64,000 bases of DNA from Sandaracinaceae bacterium (GTDB lineage: Bacteria; Myxococcota_A; Polyangia; Polyangiales; Houyiibacteriaceae), in contig JACKEJ010000017.1 in NCBI GenBank assembly GCA_020633055.1, forward strand, positions 80,760-144,759, given 5' to 3'. The notes under the pieces are model-generated. The model saw only the letters and a list, made by a program, of their open reading frames with translations, was not told the origin of the DNA and did not search any database. A program made the position numbers and the translations under genes. Shown piece by piece: positions 12,326 to 23,604 of the stretch (its first letter is position 1; each line of letters opens with the position of its first letter).

Positions 12326-12691
12326 TCAGACCAGCGAGCGGTCGCGCTGGCGGAGCGTGCCCGGGGCTTCGCCGAAGGTGTGCCTGAACGCGCGCCCGAA
12401 AGAGGCGGTGGACCCGTAGCCAGCGCGCGCCGCCACCTCGGCGACGGTCGCGGTCTCGTCTCGCAGCCAGACGCGCGCCAGGCGCATGCGCCAGTCGGTC
12501 ACGTAGGCCAGCGGCGGCTGGCCGACCAGCTCGGCGAAGCGCCACGCGAAGAGCGAACGCGACATGCCGGCTTCCTTCGCCAGCCGCTGGAGCGTCCACG
12601 GCTCGGCCGGCGCGGACTCGCCGTGTCGCCACGACCTCGCGTCCCGTCTCTTCGCGGACCTCCCGCACGACGGCGGCGTGTGGGCTCTCAC
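12326..12691 (-). CDS. AraC-family HTH domain only (no intact ligand-binding N-terminal domain)
   Basis: 'WTLQRLAKEAGMSRSLFAWRFAELVGQPPLAYVTDWRMRLARVWL...VAARAGYGSTASFGRAFRHTFGEAPGTLR' is the double-HTH AraC signature. The ORF holds only about 30 non-conserved residues ahead of it. Confidence 0.6.
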   Translation of the reverse strand: MRAHTPPSCGRSAKRRDARSWRHGESAPAEPWTLQRLAKEAGMSRSLFAWRFAELVGQPPLAYVTDWRMRLARVWLRDETATVAEVAARAGYGSTASFGRAFRHTFGEAPGTLRQRDRSLV

Positions 12692-12848
12692 CCGGGTCTA
12701 TCGCGCCGGCAGGGAAGTCCACCCACCTGTGGGCTTGGCTAGAGCTTCGCGCGGTATACGGGCTAACCGTGGACTGCGCCGACCTGGCGGCGCCATTCCG
12801 TGTTCCCGCTCCGGATGCCGTCGGTCCATCCATCGTGCGCGTGAACAT
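12620..12848 (-). pseudogene. Nudix hydrolase remnant (Nudix box only), in a different frame and directly upstream of the AraC HTH
   Basis: 'WVDFPAGAIDPGESPHAAVVREVREETG' matches GX5EX7REUXEEXG. The flanking sequence lacks normal Nudix beta-strand context, and the frame then runs on as a shadow ORF. Confidence 0.45.
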
Positions 12849-13027
12849 CTAGTGTCCACACGCCGTCGCCCACGTCATCCGGGCCGCGCTCGCGGACGGC
12901 TGGAGGCCGGACAGCACACGAAGTGTGCGGGGCATCGACGACGGCCTACCGTTGCTCCACGGGTACGTCGGGTAGCGGCACCCCACGGCGTGCGCTGGGT
13001 CCTACGGCACGGGCGCCAGTGTGCCGC

Positions 13028-16000
13028 TCAGGGCGCGGTTCTGGGCGCGGGCAGGACGGGGACGAGCAGGATGTGGTCGACCTCGATGCGCTCGCCCTCG
13101 GGCACATGGACCGTGGCGCGAGTGGCGCTCCCGGTGAGCGCGCTGCGAGGTAGCTCCATACGCAGCTCGCGCCAGCCCGACGCGGCCTCGCCGCTCAGCT
13201 CGGGCAGGGCGGGGGCGCCGCGTGGGGCCTCGAGCGTGACGGTGACGGGGAAGGGCGCGCCCTCGCCCACGCGTCGGAGCCGCACGATGAGGACGACCTG
13301 GGAGGCTTCACCGGGGGCGGCGGCGCCCTCAGCGGTCTCAGACGGCGCACGTACGCTCGGAGGTAGGGCCAAGCGCGCGCTCAGCTCGTTCGCGCGAGAG
13401 GAGCACGTGGTGCGGTCCAGGTAGTCCCAGTCGCGCAGCACAGCCTCCTCCCGGCACTCGGCCACCGTCCGGTTTCGGCGACCGGTGGTGCGGTTGAGGT
13501 CCACCCCGCCGATGAGCCCCGACGAGAGAGCGTTCAAGCGCACCAGCGACTCGGGCGCGGACGTGAGTTCCACCTCGTGCCCGGCCATCCGCAGCAAGAG
13601 CGGCAGCGCGCGCGGGTCACCCAGCTGACCCAGGCTGCGCGCCACGCCGTCACGTACGTTGGAGCGCGACTCCCACTCGAGCACGTCCACCAGGTGGTCA
13701 TAGGCACGGCGGTCGCCCAGCTGCCCGAGGGCCACGATGGACAGGTAGCGGAAGCGGAACTCGGTCAGCAGCTCGATCAGGGGCTCGAGGGCGATGGGGT
13801 TCTGCAGTCGCCCGAGCCACCGCACGGACTCTTCGCGCTCGTAGGTGTCCGTGGTGAGCCGCAAGGTGTCCAGCAGCCCTGGGACCGCGTCAGGGTCGCG
13901 CAGGCGGGCGAGCGACACGGCGGCGCGGCTGCGCAGGTCCGCGTCCTCGACGTGCACCAGACGACGCAGAGCGTCGCGCGCGCGTGGGTCGTAGAGGCGC
14001 CCGAGCGAGATGGCCGCCTCCGCCGCGACCAGCGGGTCCGGATCGGACAGCGCGTCCATCAGGGTGGGCTTGGACCGGTCGTCGGCCAGCCGGCCCAGCA
14101 TCTGCGCGGCCTCGCAGCGCTGCTCCTGCGGGGCATCCGCGTCCGCCAGCAGCTCGCCCAGCGGCTCTACGGCGCGGCGGTCGTTCATGCGCCCCCAGGC
14201 GAGCGCCTGCTCGTGTGCGGTGAGCGGCGCGGAGGTGGCCGACTGCTGCAGCGCGTCGATGAACGCGTAGATCTCGCCGCGCAGCTCCTCGATGCGCTCC
14301 GGCTCGGCGTTGGCGAGGTTGACGCGCTCCTCCGGGTCGGTCTCCAGGTTGTAGAGCGCGAACGTGTTGAAGCGCAGGTCGGCGACGAGCTTGTACGGCC
14401 AGTCCACCACCATGCGGCTGCGGGACACGGCGGCGAAGGCGGGCCCGACGTCGGCGACGTCGCCGCGCATGAGCGCGCGCAGGTCTTCGCCGTGCATGCT
14501 GGCGGCGGGGAGCACGTCGAGCAGCCCGAGGATGGTGGGGGCGACGTCGACGAGCTCCACCGGTGCGGCGACCCGTCCGGGCTCGTAGCCGGGCGCCATG
14601 ACCATCAGCGGGACCCGGATCTGCTCTTCGTACAGGGTGGACCCGTGGTAGACGCCGCCGTGGTCACGGAACTCCTCGCCGTGGTCGGCCGTGAGGATCA
14701 CGACCAGCGGCCGGGTCAGGCGCGCGCGTGCCTCGCGGAGCAAGCGCCCGATCTCCGTGTCCACATGCGCGATCTCGCCGTCGTAGCGGTCGACGTCGGA
14801 CGTACCGTACCGAGTGTCCTGGTAGGGCTCGTGGACGTCGAAGTAGTGGGTCCAGAGCAGCGTGGGCGGCTCGCCCTCGGACACCAACCGATCGATCTCC
14901 GTCAGCGCGAGATCGGTGCGGCGCTCGGCGTCGAGGTTGGCGTGCTCGTGGCGCGCGAACCCGAGGGAGTTGTGCTCGTACAGCCGCAGTGACTCGCCCT
15001 CGGTGTGGAAGATGCCGAGGGTGTAGATGCCGGTCGTGCTGTAGCCGGACTCCGCCAGCGTGGACGCCAGCGTGGCCTCGGGCAGCGGGATCTCGAGCCG
15101 CGTGGTCTGGTGCAGGTGCTCGCTGGTCATCAGCGAACACAGCGAGTAGCTGCTGTGCGGCGCGCTGGCGTAGGCCCGGTCGAACACCACGGACTGCGCG
15201 GCCAGCTGGTCCAGCTCCGGGCTGATGCCGCGCGTGTAGCCGTAAGCCCCCAGGTGGTCCGCGCGCAGGGCGTCCACCGTGATGAGCAGCACGTGCGCCT
15301 CGGCCATGGCCGGCGGGGGTGCGCCTCCGTCGGTCTGCTGCGCGCGGGCAGCCTCGCCGCGCGCTGCTCGCCGGGCGCGCGCGCTGGCGATGGCCTCGGC
15401 GCTGGCGTCGTGGCGCGTGAGCGCGAGCAACGGCTCGAGCCCCTGCATGACGCTGCGCGAGTTGGAGGCGCGCGCGTCGACCAACGCGACGCGTACGTTC
15501 TGGTTGACGTTGAGGGTGAACAGGGTCGCGCACAGCGCCGCCAGCAGCGCGACCGACGTGCCGAGCAGCACGCCCTTGGTGCGAGGCGGACGCAACCGTG
15601 TCGCGCGCGCCTGGGCGACCGGATACAGGAGCCATAGCCCGAGGCCGGCGAAGGCTGCTTGCACCGCCGTCAGGCAGCCGTGCAGGTAGTCGTACAGGTT
15701 CGGCAGGAAGGTCTGGTCGAGCTTCCCGAGGATCCCCACGACAACGAGACAGCCGACGCCGAGCGTCGCGCGCACACGCGACGACCACGGTGCCTGGGCA
15801 GCCCACAGGATGACGCGCAGGGCCACGTACACGCCGGCCGTCAGCAGCACGCCCAGCAGCGCCGCGAACACGCCGCGGTAGGGCATCATCGACATCTTGC
15901 CGCCCGTGAACAGCATGTGGCCGACCCCGAAGGCGGCGGGCGCCAGGAGCACGGTGCCGCTCACCGGGCGCAGGCGTGCCAGCGCGCGCTCCGGCCGCGC

Positions 16001-16375
16001 ACTGAGCGCCGCCCGCTGGCGAAGGACGGGCTCGAGGGCACCGGCCAGCGCGCCCGCGAACGCGCCGAGCAGCGCGCCGAGCGACACCTGGACCGCCATG
16101 AGCCGCGCCAGGAAGCCCACGCGGTCGCCCCACAGCTGCAGCCAGAGCCACATCGCGCCAAAGTCGCCGAGCGCCGTGACGGCTCCCACGCCGGCGCCGA
16201 GCAGCATGCCCGCGCCCGCTACGGACATCGGGGATGGGCTCGCCACGTCGTCGCCTGCCCCTCGGGACGACGACGCGCCCTCCGCGGCCGCCTCGGAAGG
16301 GACGTCCTGCCCTACAGCGTCTGGCCCCGGTGTCGGGCTGCGGAGCGGGTCGTTCTGGTCGAGCGTGGCGGACAT
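13028..16375 (-). CDS. Polytopic membrane protein with a sulfatase-like (alkaline-phosphatase superfamily) domain and C-terminal HEAT repeats (1115 aa)
   Basis: N-terminal ~330 aa is hydrophobic. 'LLITVDALRADHLGAYGY', 'TADHGEEFRDHGGVYHGSTLYEEQIRVPL'. HEAT/PBS-lyase-like repeats ('DPLVAAEAAISLGRL', 'DADLRSRAAVSLARLRDPDAVPGL'). Confidence 0.85.
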   Translation of the reverse strand: MSATLDQNDPLRSPTPGPDAVGQDVPSEAAAEGASSSRGAGDDVASPSPMSVAGAGMLLGAGVGAVTALGDFGAMWLWLQLWGDRVGFLARLMAVQVSLGALLGAFAGALAGALEPVLRQRAALSARPERALARLRPVSGTVLLAPAAFGVGHMLFTGGKMSMMPYRGVFAALLGVLLTAGVYVALRVILWAAQAPWSSRVRATLGVGCLVVVGILGKLDQTFLPNLYDYLHGCLTAVQAAFAGLGLWLLYPVAQARATRLRPPRTKGVLLGTSVALLAALCATLFTLNVNQNVRVALVDARASNSRSVMQGLEPLLALTRHDASAEAIASARARRAARGEAARAQQTDGGAPPPAMAEAHVLLITVDALRADHLGAYGYTRGISPELDQLAAQSVVFDRAYASAPHSSYSLCSLMTSEHLHQTTRLEIPLPEATLASTLAESGYSTTGIYTLGIFHTEGESLRLYEHNSLGFARHEHANLDAERRTDLALTEIDRLVSEGEPPTLLWTHYFDVHEPYQDTRYGTSDVDRYDGEIAHVDTEIGRLLREARARLTRPLVVILTADHGEEFRDHGGVYHGSTLYEEQIRVPLMVMAPGYEPGRVAAPVELVDVAPTILGLLDVLPAASMHGEDLRALMRGDVADVGPAFAAVSRSRMVVDWPYKLVADLRFNTFALYNLETDPEERVNLANAEPERIEELRGEIYAFIDALQQSATSAPLTAHEQALAWGRMNDRRAVEPLGELLADADAPQEQRCEAAQMLGRLADDRSKPTLMDALSDPDPLVAAEAAISLGRLYDPRARDALRRLVHVEDADLRSRAAVSLARLRDPDAVPGLLDTLRLTTDTYEREESVRWLGRLQNPIALEPLIELLTEFRFRYLSIVALGQLGDRRAYDHLVDVLEWESRSNVRDGVARSLGQLGDPRALPLLLRMAGHEVELTSAPESLVRLNALSSGLIGGVDLNRTTGRRNRTVAECREEAVLRDWDYLDRTTCSSRANELSARLALPPSVRAPSETAEGAAAPGEASQVVLIVRLRRVGEGAPFPVTVTLEAPRGAPALPELSGEAASGWRELRMELPRSALTGSATRATVHVPEGERIEVDHILLVPVLPAPRTAP

Positions 16376-16475
16376 CGGGGGGGAGGGGGAGGCCGCTGCG
16401 ATGCGGCAGCCGGCGGGTGGATCCTTAAGCCAAGACGCCCCAGGGATGTGGTCCTGGGGCGTCTCATGGCGGCGG

Positions 16476-16547
16476 AGGCGCCGACCGGATTCGAACCGGT
16501 GTGTGACGGTTTTGCAAACCGTTGCCTAACCACTTGGCTACGGCGCC
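16476..16547 (-). tRNA. tRNA-Cys (anticodon GCA)
   Basis: Hand-folded cloverleaf. Acceptor stem GGCGCCG/CGGCGCC, T-arm GGTTCGAATCC, anticodon stem ACGGT/ACCGT with loop TTGCAAA, discriminator U. CCA is not encoded. Confidence 0.9.
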
Positions 16548-16623
16548 GAAGGGATGGACGTTTAGCGCCAGCGTGGGCGCTTGTCCAACCCCGAGTGGGC
16601 GCCGGCGCGGCCAGCGGCCCCGC

Positions 16624-17058
16624 TCACTTGCGGCTGCGCTTGGCCTTCTTCTCGGGCGGCGCGTCGAGCGTGATGCCGATGATCTTCCACGCGTCTTCCG
16701 CGTAGCCGTAGGCGCTCTGCGTCGCGTGCACCACCTCCATGATCTCCGGAGAGGTGTCGAACTTGCGGGGCTTCACGCCCTGTCGCTTGAGGGAGGCGAG
16801 GCTCTCGCCCAGCCCGAGCAGCTCGTTGGTGTGACTGACCGCCTCCACGGGCTTCAGCGCTTCACCGCGCTTGCCCTCTTTGAGTTCCTGGATGAGACGC
16901 TTGCGGCGCTTCTCCGTCCGACCGTCGAGCTTCGGCCCTTCTTTGGTGCCACCCTCGAGCAGGGCGTTGAGCTGCCGCGCGGTGCGGCGCTTCGCGATGG
17001 CTTCCGGGCTACCTCGGCCACCGGCCTTCTTGGTCGTTGCGCGCTTACGAGCTGCCAT
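16624..17058 (-). CDS. Hypothetical Lys/Arg-rich protein (144 aa)
   Basis: Clean ORF with basic termini ('MAARKRATTKKAGGRG', 'PPEKKAKRSRK'). No domain recognised. Confidence 0.6.
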   Translation of the reverse strand: MAARKRATTKKAGGRGSPEAIAKRRTARQLNALLEGGTKEGPKLDGRTEKRRKRLIQELKEGKRGEALKPVEAVSHTNELLGLGESLASLKRQGVKPRKFDTSPEIMEVVHATQSAYGYAEDAWKIIGITLDAPPEKKAKRSRK

Positions 17059-17232
17059 GTTGCTTCTTCCTGTTCCCGAACGTTTGCCGATTGAGGCGTC
17101 CCGTTCATCGAGTTGTTTGGCCGTCTATATCATAAAACAATCCCATACCAACACGTTTCCAGGGTGTAATTTGCGATAGTCGGCGGGCATATCCCGGTAG
17201 AACGGTGTTCGCGGACGTGGTAGGCAACCCCA

Positions 17233-19911
<2,679 letters not shown>

Positions 19912-19950
19912 ACGCGGCGCGCGCACCGGAACACACCAGGGAGCCAACCC

Positions 19951-20220
19951 ATGAGCGATAGCACCCACCCCGAGCTCGAGGCGCAGATCAAGCAACTGAT
20001 CGTGGACGCGCTCATGCTGGACGACGTGACCCCCGAGGAGATCGTGACCGACGCGCCCCTCTTCAACGAGGGGCTCGGGCTCGACTCGATCGACGCGCTC
20101 GAGCTGGCCATCGCGCTCGACAAGGCGTTCGGCGTGAAGATCCGCGCGGAAGACGAGAACACGCGCTCGATCTTCCGCTCGGTGGCCACCCTGGCCGCCT
20201 TCGTCGCCGAGAACCGATGA
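19951..20220 (+). CDS. Acyl carrier protein
   Basis: 89 aa with 'GLDSIDALEL' (phosphopantetheine-attachment Ser). Confidence 0.85.
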   Translation: MSDSTHPELEAQIKQLIVDALMLDDVTPEEIVTDAPLFNEGLGLDSIDALELAIALDKAFGVKIRAEDENTRSIFRSVATLAAFVAENR

Positions 20221-20984
20221 GCGCGGGGTCGGACACCTTCCGCCCCTGCGTCATCATCCCCTCGTACAACAACCCCCAGACCATCGGGCGCGTGGTCAGC
20301 GCCGTGCGTGCCTACGTGCCGGATGTGATCGTGGTGGACGACGGGAGCGGGCTCGAGGGGCGCGCGGCCATCGCCGAGGTCGGTGCCTCTGGGCTGGCCA
20401 CGGTCCATCACCGTGCTGCCAACGGCGGCAAGGGCGCTGCCGTGAAGGACGCGCTGCGCCTCGCGCGCGACGCCGGGTTCACACATGCGCTGCAGGTGGA
20501 CGCGGACGGGCAGCACACCCTCGACGACATCCCCGCCATGCTCGAGGCCGCCCGTGAGACGCCCACCGCGCTGGTGCTGGGGCAGCCCGTCTTCGACGAC
20601 ACGGCGCCCAAGGCCCGCCTGGTGGGCCGTCGCATCACCATCTTCTGGACGCGCCTCGAGGTGGGCGGCGGGGCCATCGCCGACCCGATGTGCGGCTTCC
20701 GCGTCTACCCGCTGCCCATCAGCGCCGAGGTTCCCGTGTGGGGGGACCGGATGGACTTCGACCCGGAGATCGCCGTGCGCCTCGTGTGGGCCGGTGTTCC
20801 CACGCGCAACGTGCCGACGCGGGTACGCTACGTCTCGGCCGACGAGGGCGGCGTGTCGCACTTCCACGCGTTCAAGGACAACGTGCTCATCAGCCTGATG
20901 CACTCGCGGCTGATGACGATGCGCATCATGGGCTTTCTCTTCGGGTGGCTCTTTCGCGGCGCCCGCGGGAGGTTGCCGTCATGA
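20217..20984 (+). CDS. Family 2 glycosyltransferase
   Basis: 'CVIIPSYNNPQTIGRVV...VIVVDDGS' and 'QVDADGQH'. ATGA overlap with the ACP stop. Confidence 0.85.
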   Translation: MSAGSDTFRPCVIIPSYNNPQTIGRVVSAVRAYVPDVIVVDDGSGLEGRAAIAEVGASGLATVHHRAANGGKGAAVKDALRLARDAGFTHALQVDADGQHTLDDIPAMLEAARETPTALVLGQPVFDDTAPKARLVGRRITIFWTRLEVGGGAIADPMCGFRVYPLPISAEVPVWGDRMDFDPEIAVRLVWAGVPTRNVPTRVRYVSADEGGVSHFHAFKDNVLISLMHSRLMTMRIMGFLFGWLFRGARGRLPS

Positions 20985-21415
20985 GCGGGGACGGCAAGCG
21001 GCACGTGGTGTCGGTGGAGCTCGAGGTGCCCTTCCATGACGTGGACTCCCTGAACATCGTCTGGCACGGGCACTACTACAAGTACGTGGAGATCGCGCGC
21101 ACGGCGCTCATGCGCAGCGTGCAGCTCGACAACGACCAGCTGCGCGCCCTGGGGTGTGGGCTGGTGATGGGCGAGACGCAGTGCAAGCACACGGGCGTTC
21201 TGCGCTACGGGGACCGCTTCCGCGTGGACGCGTGGTTCAAGGATGTATCTCAGCGGCTGTGCATCGCCTACGAGGTGCGCAACCTGACGTCCGGCAAGCG
21301 CGCAGCTCGGGCGCGCACGGTGCTGGTCACCCTCAACGGGCGCGGGGAGCTCAACCTGGCCACGCCGCCCGAGGTGGTGGCGCGCATCGAGGCGGTTACA
21401 GGCCCCATCGGCTGA
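20981..21415 (+). CDS. 4HBT (YbgC/FadM-like) acyl-CoA/ACP thioesterase
   Basis: ATG at 20981 overlaps the GT2 stop (ATGA). 'VELEVPFHDVDSLNIVWHGHYYKYVEIAR' is a hotdog-fold thioesterase N-terminus. Confidence 0.8.
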   Translation: MSGDGKRHVVSVELEVPFHDVDSLNIVWHGHYYKYVEIARTALMRSVQLDNDQLRALGCGLVMGETQCKHTGVLRYGDRFRVDAWFKDVSQRLCIAYEVRNLTSGKRAARARTVLVTLNGRGELNLATPPEVVARIEAVTGPIG

Positions 21416-21560
21416 GGCGCGCCGGGCCGGCCGGCCGCAGGTGTCCGTGGTGGAGGTGGGCGCGCCACCCACCAGACTCGACGCTGGCTCGGGTGGAAAC
21501 CGAGCCGCTGCCCCGCAGCGATGCGAAGACACACGGGCACGGGCCGCGGCGCGGTAGGGT

Positions 21561-21917
21561 GTGGCCGTCATGAGCAAACGACGGCACGAGGTCCCCACAG
21601 GAGCCGCCGAGTACCCGAGCTACTACGACGTGGTGCGCCAGATCCCAAAGGGCAAGGTGCTGACCTATGGAGATGTGGCACGCCTCGCGGGTCGCCCAGG
21701 CAGCGCGCGGCGGGTGGGCTACGCGCTCGCGGCCCTCACCGACCCAACGGTCCCTTGGTGGCGGGTGGTCAACGCGCGCGGCGAGGTCAGCGAGCGCTCG
21801 GGGGACTTCCTGGGCGCAGCCCAGGTGGAGCAGCGGGTCTGCCTCGCCCGAGAGGGGATCGTGTTCGACGCACAGGGCCGCCTGGCGCTCGGCACCTATC
21901 GCGCCGGAGCCTGGTAG
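21561..21917 (+). CDS. MGMT-family DNA-binding domain protein (alkyltransferase-like, no PCHR Cys motif)
   Basis: 'IPKGKVLTYGDVARLAG...ARRVGYAL' and 'VPWWRVVNARG', where active alkyltransferases carry PCHRV. Confidence 0.75.
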   Translation: MAVMSKRRHEVPTGAAEYPSYYDVVRQIPKGKVLTYGDVARLAGRPGSARRVGYALAALTDPTVPWWRVVNARGEVSERSGDFLGAAQVEQRVCLAREGIVFDAQGRLALGTYRAGAW

Positions 21918-22140
21918 CGATCGCAGGAATTCGTCCGCGACGAGGGCGCGCCGTGGTACGAGTCAGGGAACACCCACCCAGAGGCGTTCAGGTCTGATGG
22001 ACTCTGAAGCGATTCGGCCAGCCGAGCGAGCCCATGATCCCGCGGGACCCCCCCAGCGCGGGGTCCCAGAACGAGCGGTCCAGCAGGAGCACCGCGGCAC
22101 GCGCCTGCGCCTACCACGCGTGTACGGCGCATTCGGCTCG

Positions 22141-23604
22141 ATGGTGCGGGTCGTCGCGCTCGTCTGTGTGGGAGCGCTCACCTACCTCCCGAGCGTCGCG
22201 CAAGCCCAGGCCGTGTCCGGCCGCACGGCGCTGACAGGCGCCCAGCGTCTCGTGCGCCTCGACGATCCGGCTGGGGTCGCCACCCTGGCGCTCGGCGGCC
22301 AGTACGGCTTCACCTCGTCCGTGTTGCGCGACGGGGACACCCACCATCGCCTGGCCGGTCAGCTCGCGCTCGCGGTCCACCCGCTGCGTGCGCTGTCGTT
22401 GGGCGTCAGCCTCGGCGGCTATCGCGACGTACACCGTGGGGGGGCGGGCCAGGATGACTCGGTGGTGGGGGAGCCGCGTGTCTTCGTGCTCGCGCGCTTG
22501 CTCCGCGCCAGTTCGTTTTCGCTGGGTCTCGGCGCGGAGCTCTGGGCGCCCGCCGGCGATGACCCAGGAGTCGTGTTGTCTGCGCTCTCGCCTTCCGTGA
22601 CGCTCTACGGCCAGGTGGACATCGGCGCAGCGTCGCTGTCGGTTCGCGCGGGGTACCTCTTGGACCGCAGCGCCCGCTCCATCCCGCGGGGCCGCGTGTA
22701 CACGGCGCACGATCAGGTCTCGTTGGGTGTCACCGACGCAGACGCAGTCGAGGTGGGCCTCGGCGTGTCGGGTACGGTCGGACTCGCGACGCTCTACGCG
22801 GAGGTGGCGCTCGACGCGCTCGTCCAGCGTGGCGACCTGCCGTTCTCAGCGAGTCGGGCCTCGGCGATGCTCGGCGCAGCGTTGACGCTCGCCGAGCGCG
22901 TTCACCTCGGCTTGGACGCGACGGCGCGCTTGGGGGGCTACCCTCGTGTGCGCGCGGATGCGCCATATCGCGTCGTCCCCCGCATCTCGCTCTCGCTCAC
23001 GCTCGCCGTAGACTTGGGACGCCTCTCCGCGCGCGCGCACCAGGCGGATGCCAGCGCGGAGAGCGAGGACGACGATGGCTCGTCCGCTGGCGAGCCCACC
23101 CCCGACGTCGCGCGCGCGCTGCGCGGCCGTGTGGTGGGCGACGACGGTAGCGCCGTGCCGCGGGCACGCGTGGTGGCGCTGTCCGACGGTCGCGTGGTGG
23201 CAGAGGGGGAGACGGACGCGGACGGTTGGTACACGCTCGCCGGACTCCCAGAGGGCGCGCTCACCCTGCGGGTGGAGGCCGAAGGTCACACGGTGTCACG
23301 CACCGAGCTCGGTCCCGACGCGGGCGGTGAGGTGGCGCCCCTGACGCTGCGACCCGGCCTGCCAGACGGTGAGATCCGCGGCAGCGTCCGTGGGCTCCGT
23401 GGCGCCGCGGTGACCGCCCGGATTCGCCTCGACGACGATCCGCGCAGCATCGACGCGGACGCGGAGGGGCGTTTCTCCATCGCCGTCACGCCGGGCAGTC
23501 ACGTGCTCCACGTCGACGCACCGGGTTATCGTGCCCAAGAGCGTCACGTCGACGTGGAAGAACGTGGCGTCGTCGTCATCGAAGTCCACCTCCGCCCCGA
23601 ATGA
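22141..23604 (+). CDS. Secreted beta-barrel-like protein with two C-terminal carboxypeptidase-regulatory/PEGA-like domains
   Basis: Signal peptide 'MVRVVALVCVGALTYLPSVAQAQA'. Alternating amphipathic strands over ~300 aa. 'RGRVVGDDGSAVPRARVV...ETDADGWYTLAGLPEGALTLRVEAEGH' and 'ADAEGRFSIAVTPGSHVLHVDAPGY'. Confidence 0.65.
   Translation: MVRVVALVCVGALTYLPSVAQAQAVSGRTALTGAQRLVRLDDPAGVATLALGGQYGFTSSVLRDGDTHHRLAGQLALAVHPLRALSLGVSLGGYRDVHRGGAGQDDSVVGEPRVFVLARLLRASSFSLGLGAELWAPAGDDPGVVLSALSPSVTLYGQVDIGAASLSVRAGYLLDRSARSIPRGRVYTAHDQVSLGVTDADAVEVGLGVSGTVGLATLYAEVALDALVQRGDLPFSASRASAMLGAALTLAERVHLGLDATARLGGYPRVRADAPYRVVPRISLSLTLAVDLGRLSARAHQADASAESEDDDGSSAGEPTPDVARALRGRVVGDDGSAVPRARVVALSDGRVVAEGETDADGWYTLAGLPEGALTLRVEAEGHTVSRTELGPDAGGEVAPLTLRPGLPDGEIRGSVRGLRGAAVTARIRLDDDPRSIDADAEGRFSIAVTPGSHVLHVDAPGYRAQERHVDVEERGVVVIEVHLRPE

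Noticed and set aside
14664-16151. 495-aa alternative-frame - strand ORF inside the sulfatase-like gene (and many similar 100-400-aa ORFs throughout the window)
   Set aside because: The translations are Arg/Pro/Gly/Ala-rich with no motifs, and they overlap better-supported frames. These are a GC-driven absence of stop codons.
16376-16623. Genomic island or integrative element at tRNA-Cys
   Set aside because: No integrase, no excisionase and no visible direct repeat of the tRNA 3' end in the flanks. The neighbouring genes look like ordinary chromosomal genes.
21997-22140. Longer N-terminus ('MDSEAIRPAERAHD...') for the beta-barrel-like protein, or the full 645-aa ORF from 21667
   Set aside because: The upstream part overlaps the MGMT-family gene or is charged and Pro/Arg-rich with no signal peptide. 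A good signal peptide starts at the ATG at 22141.
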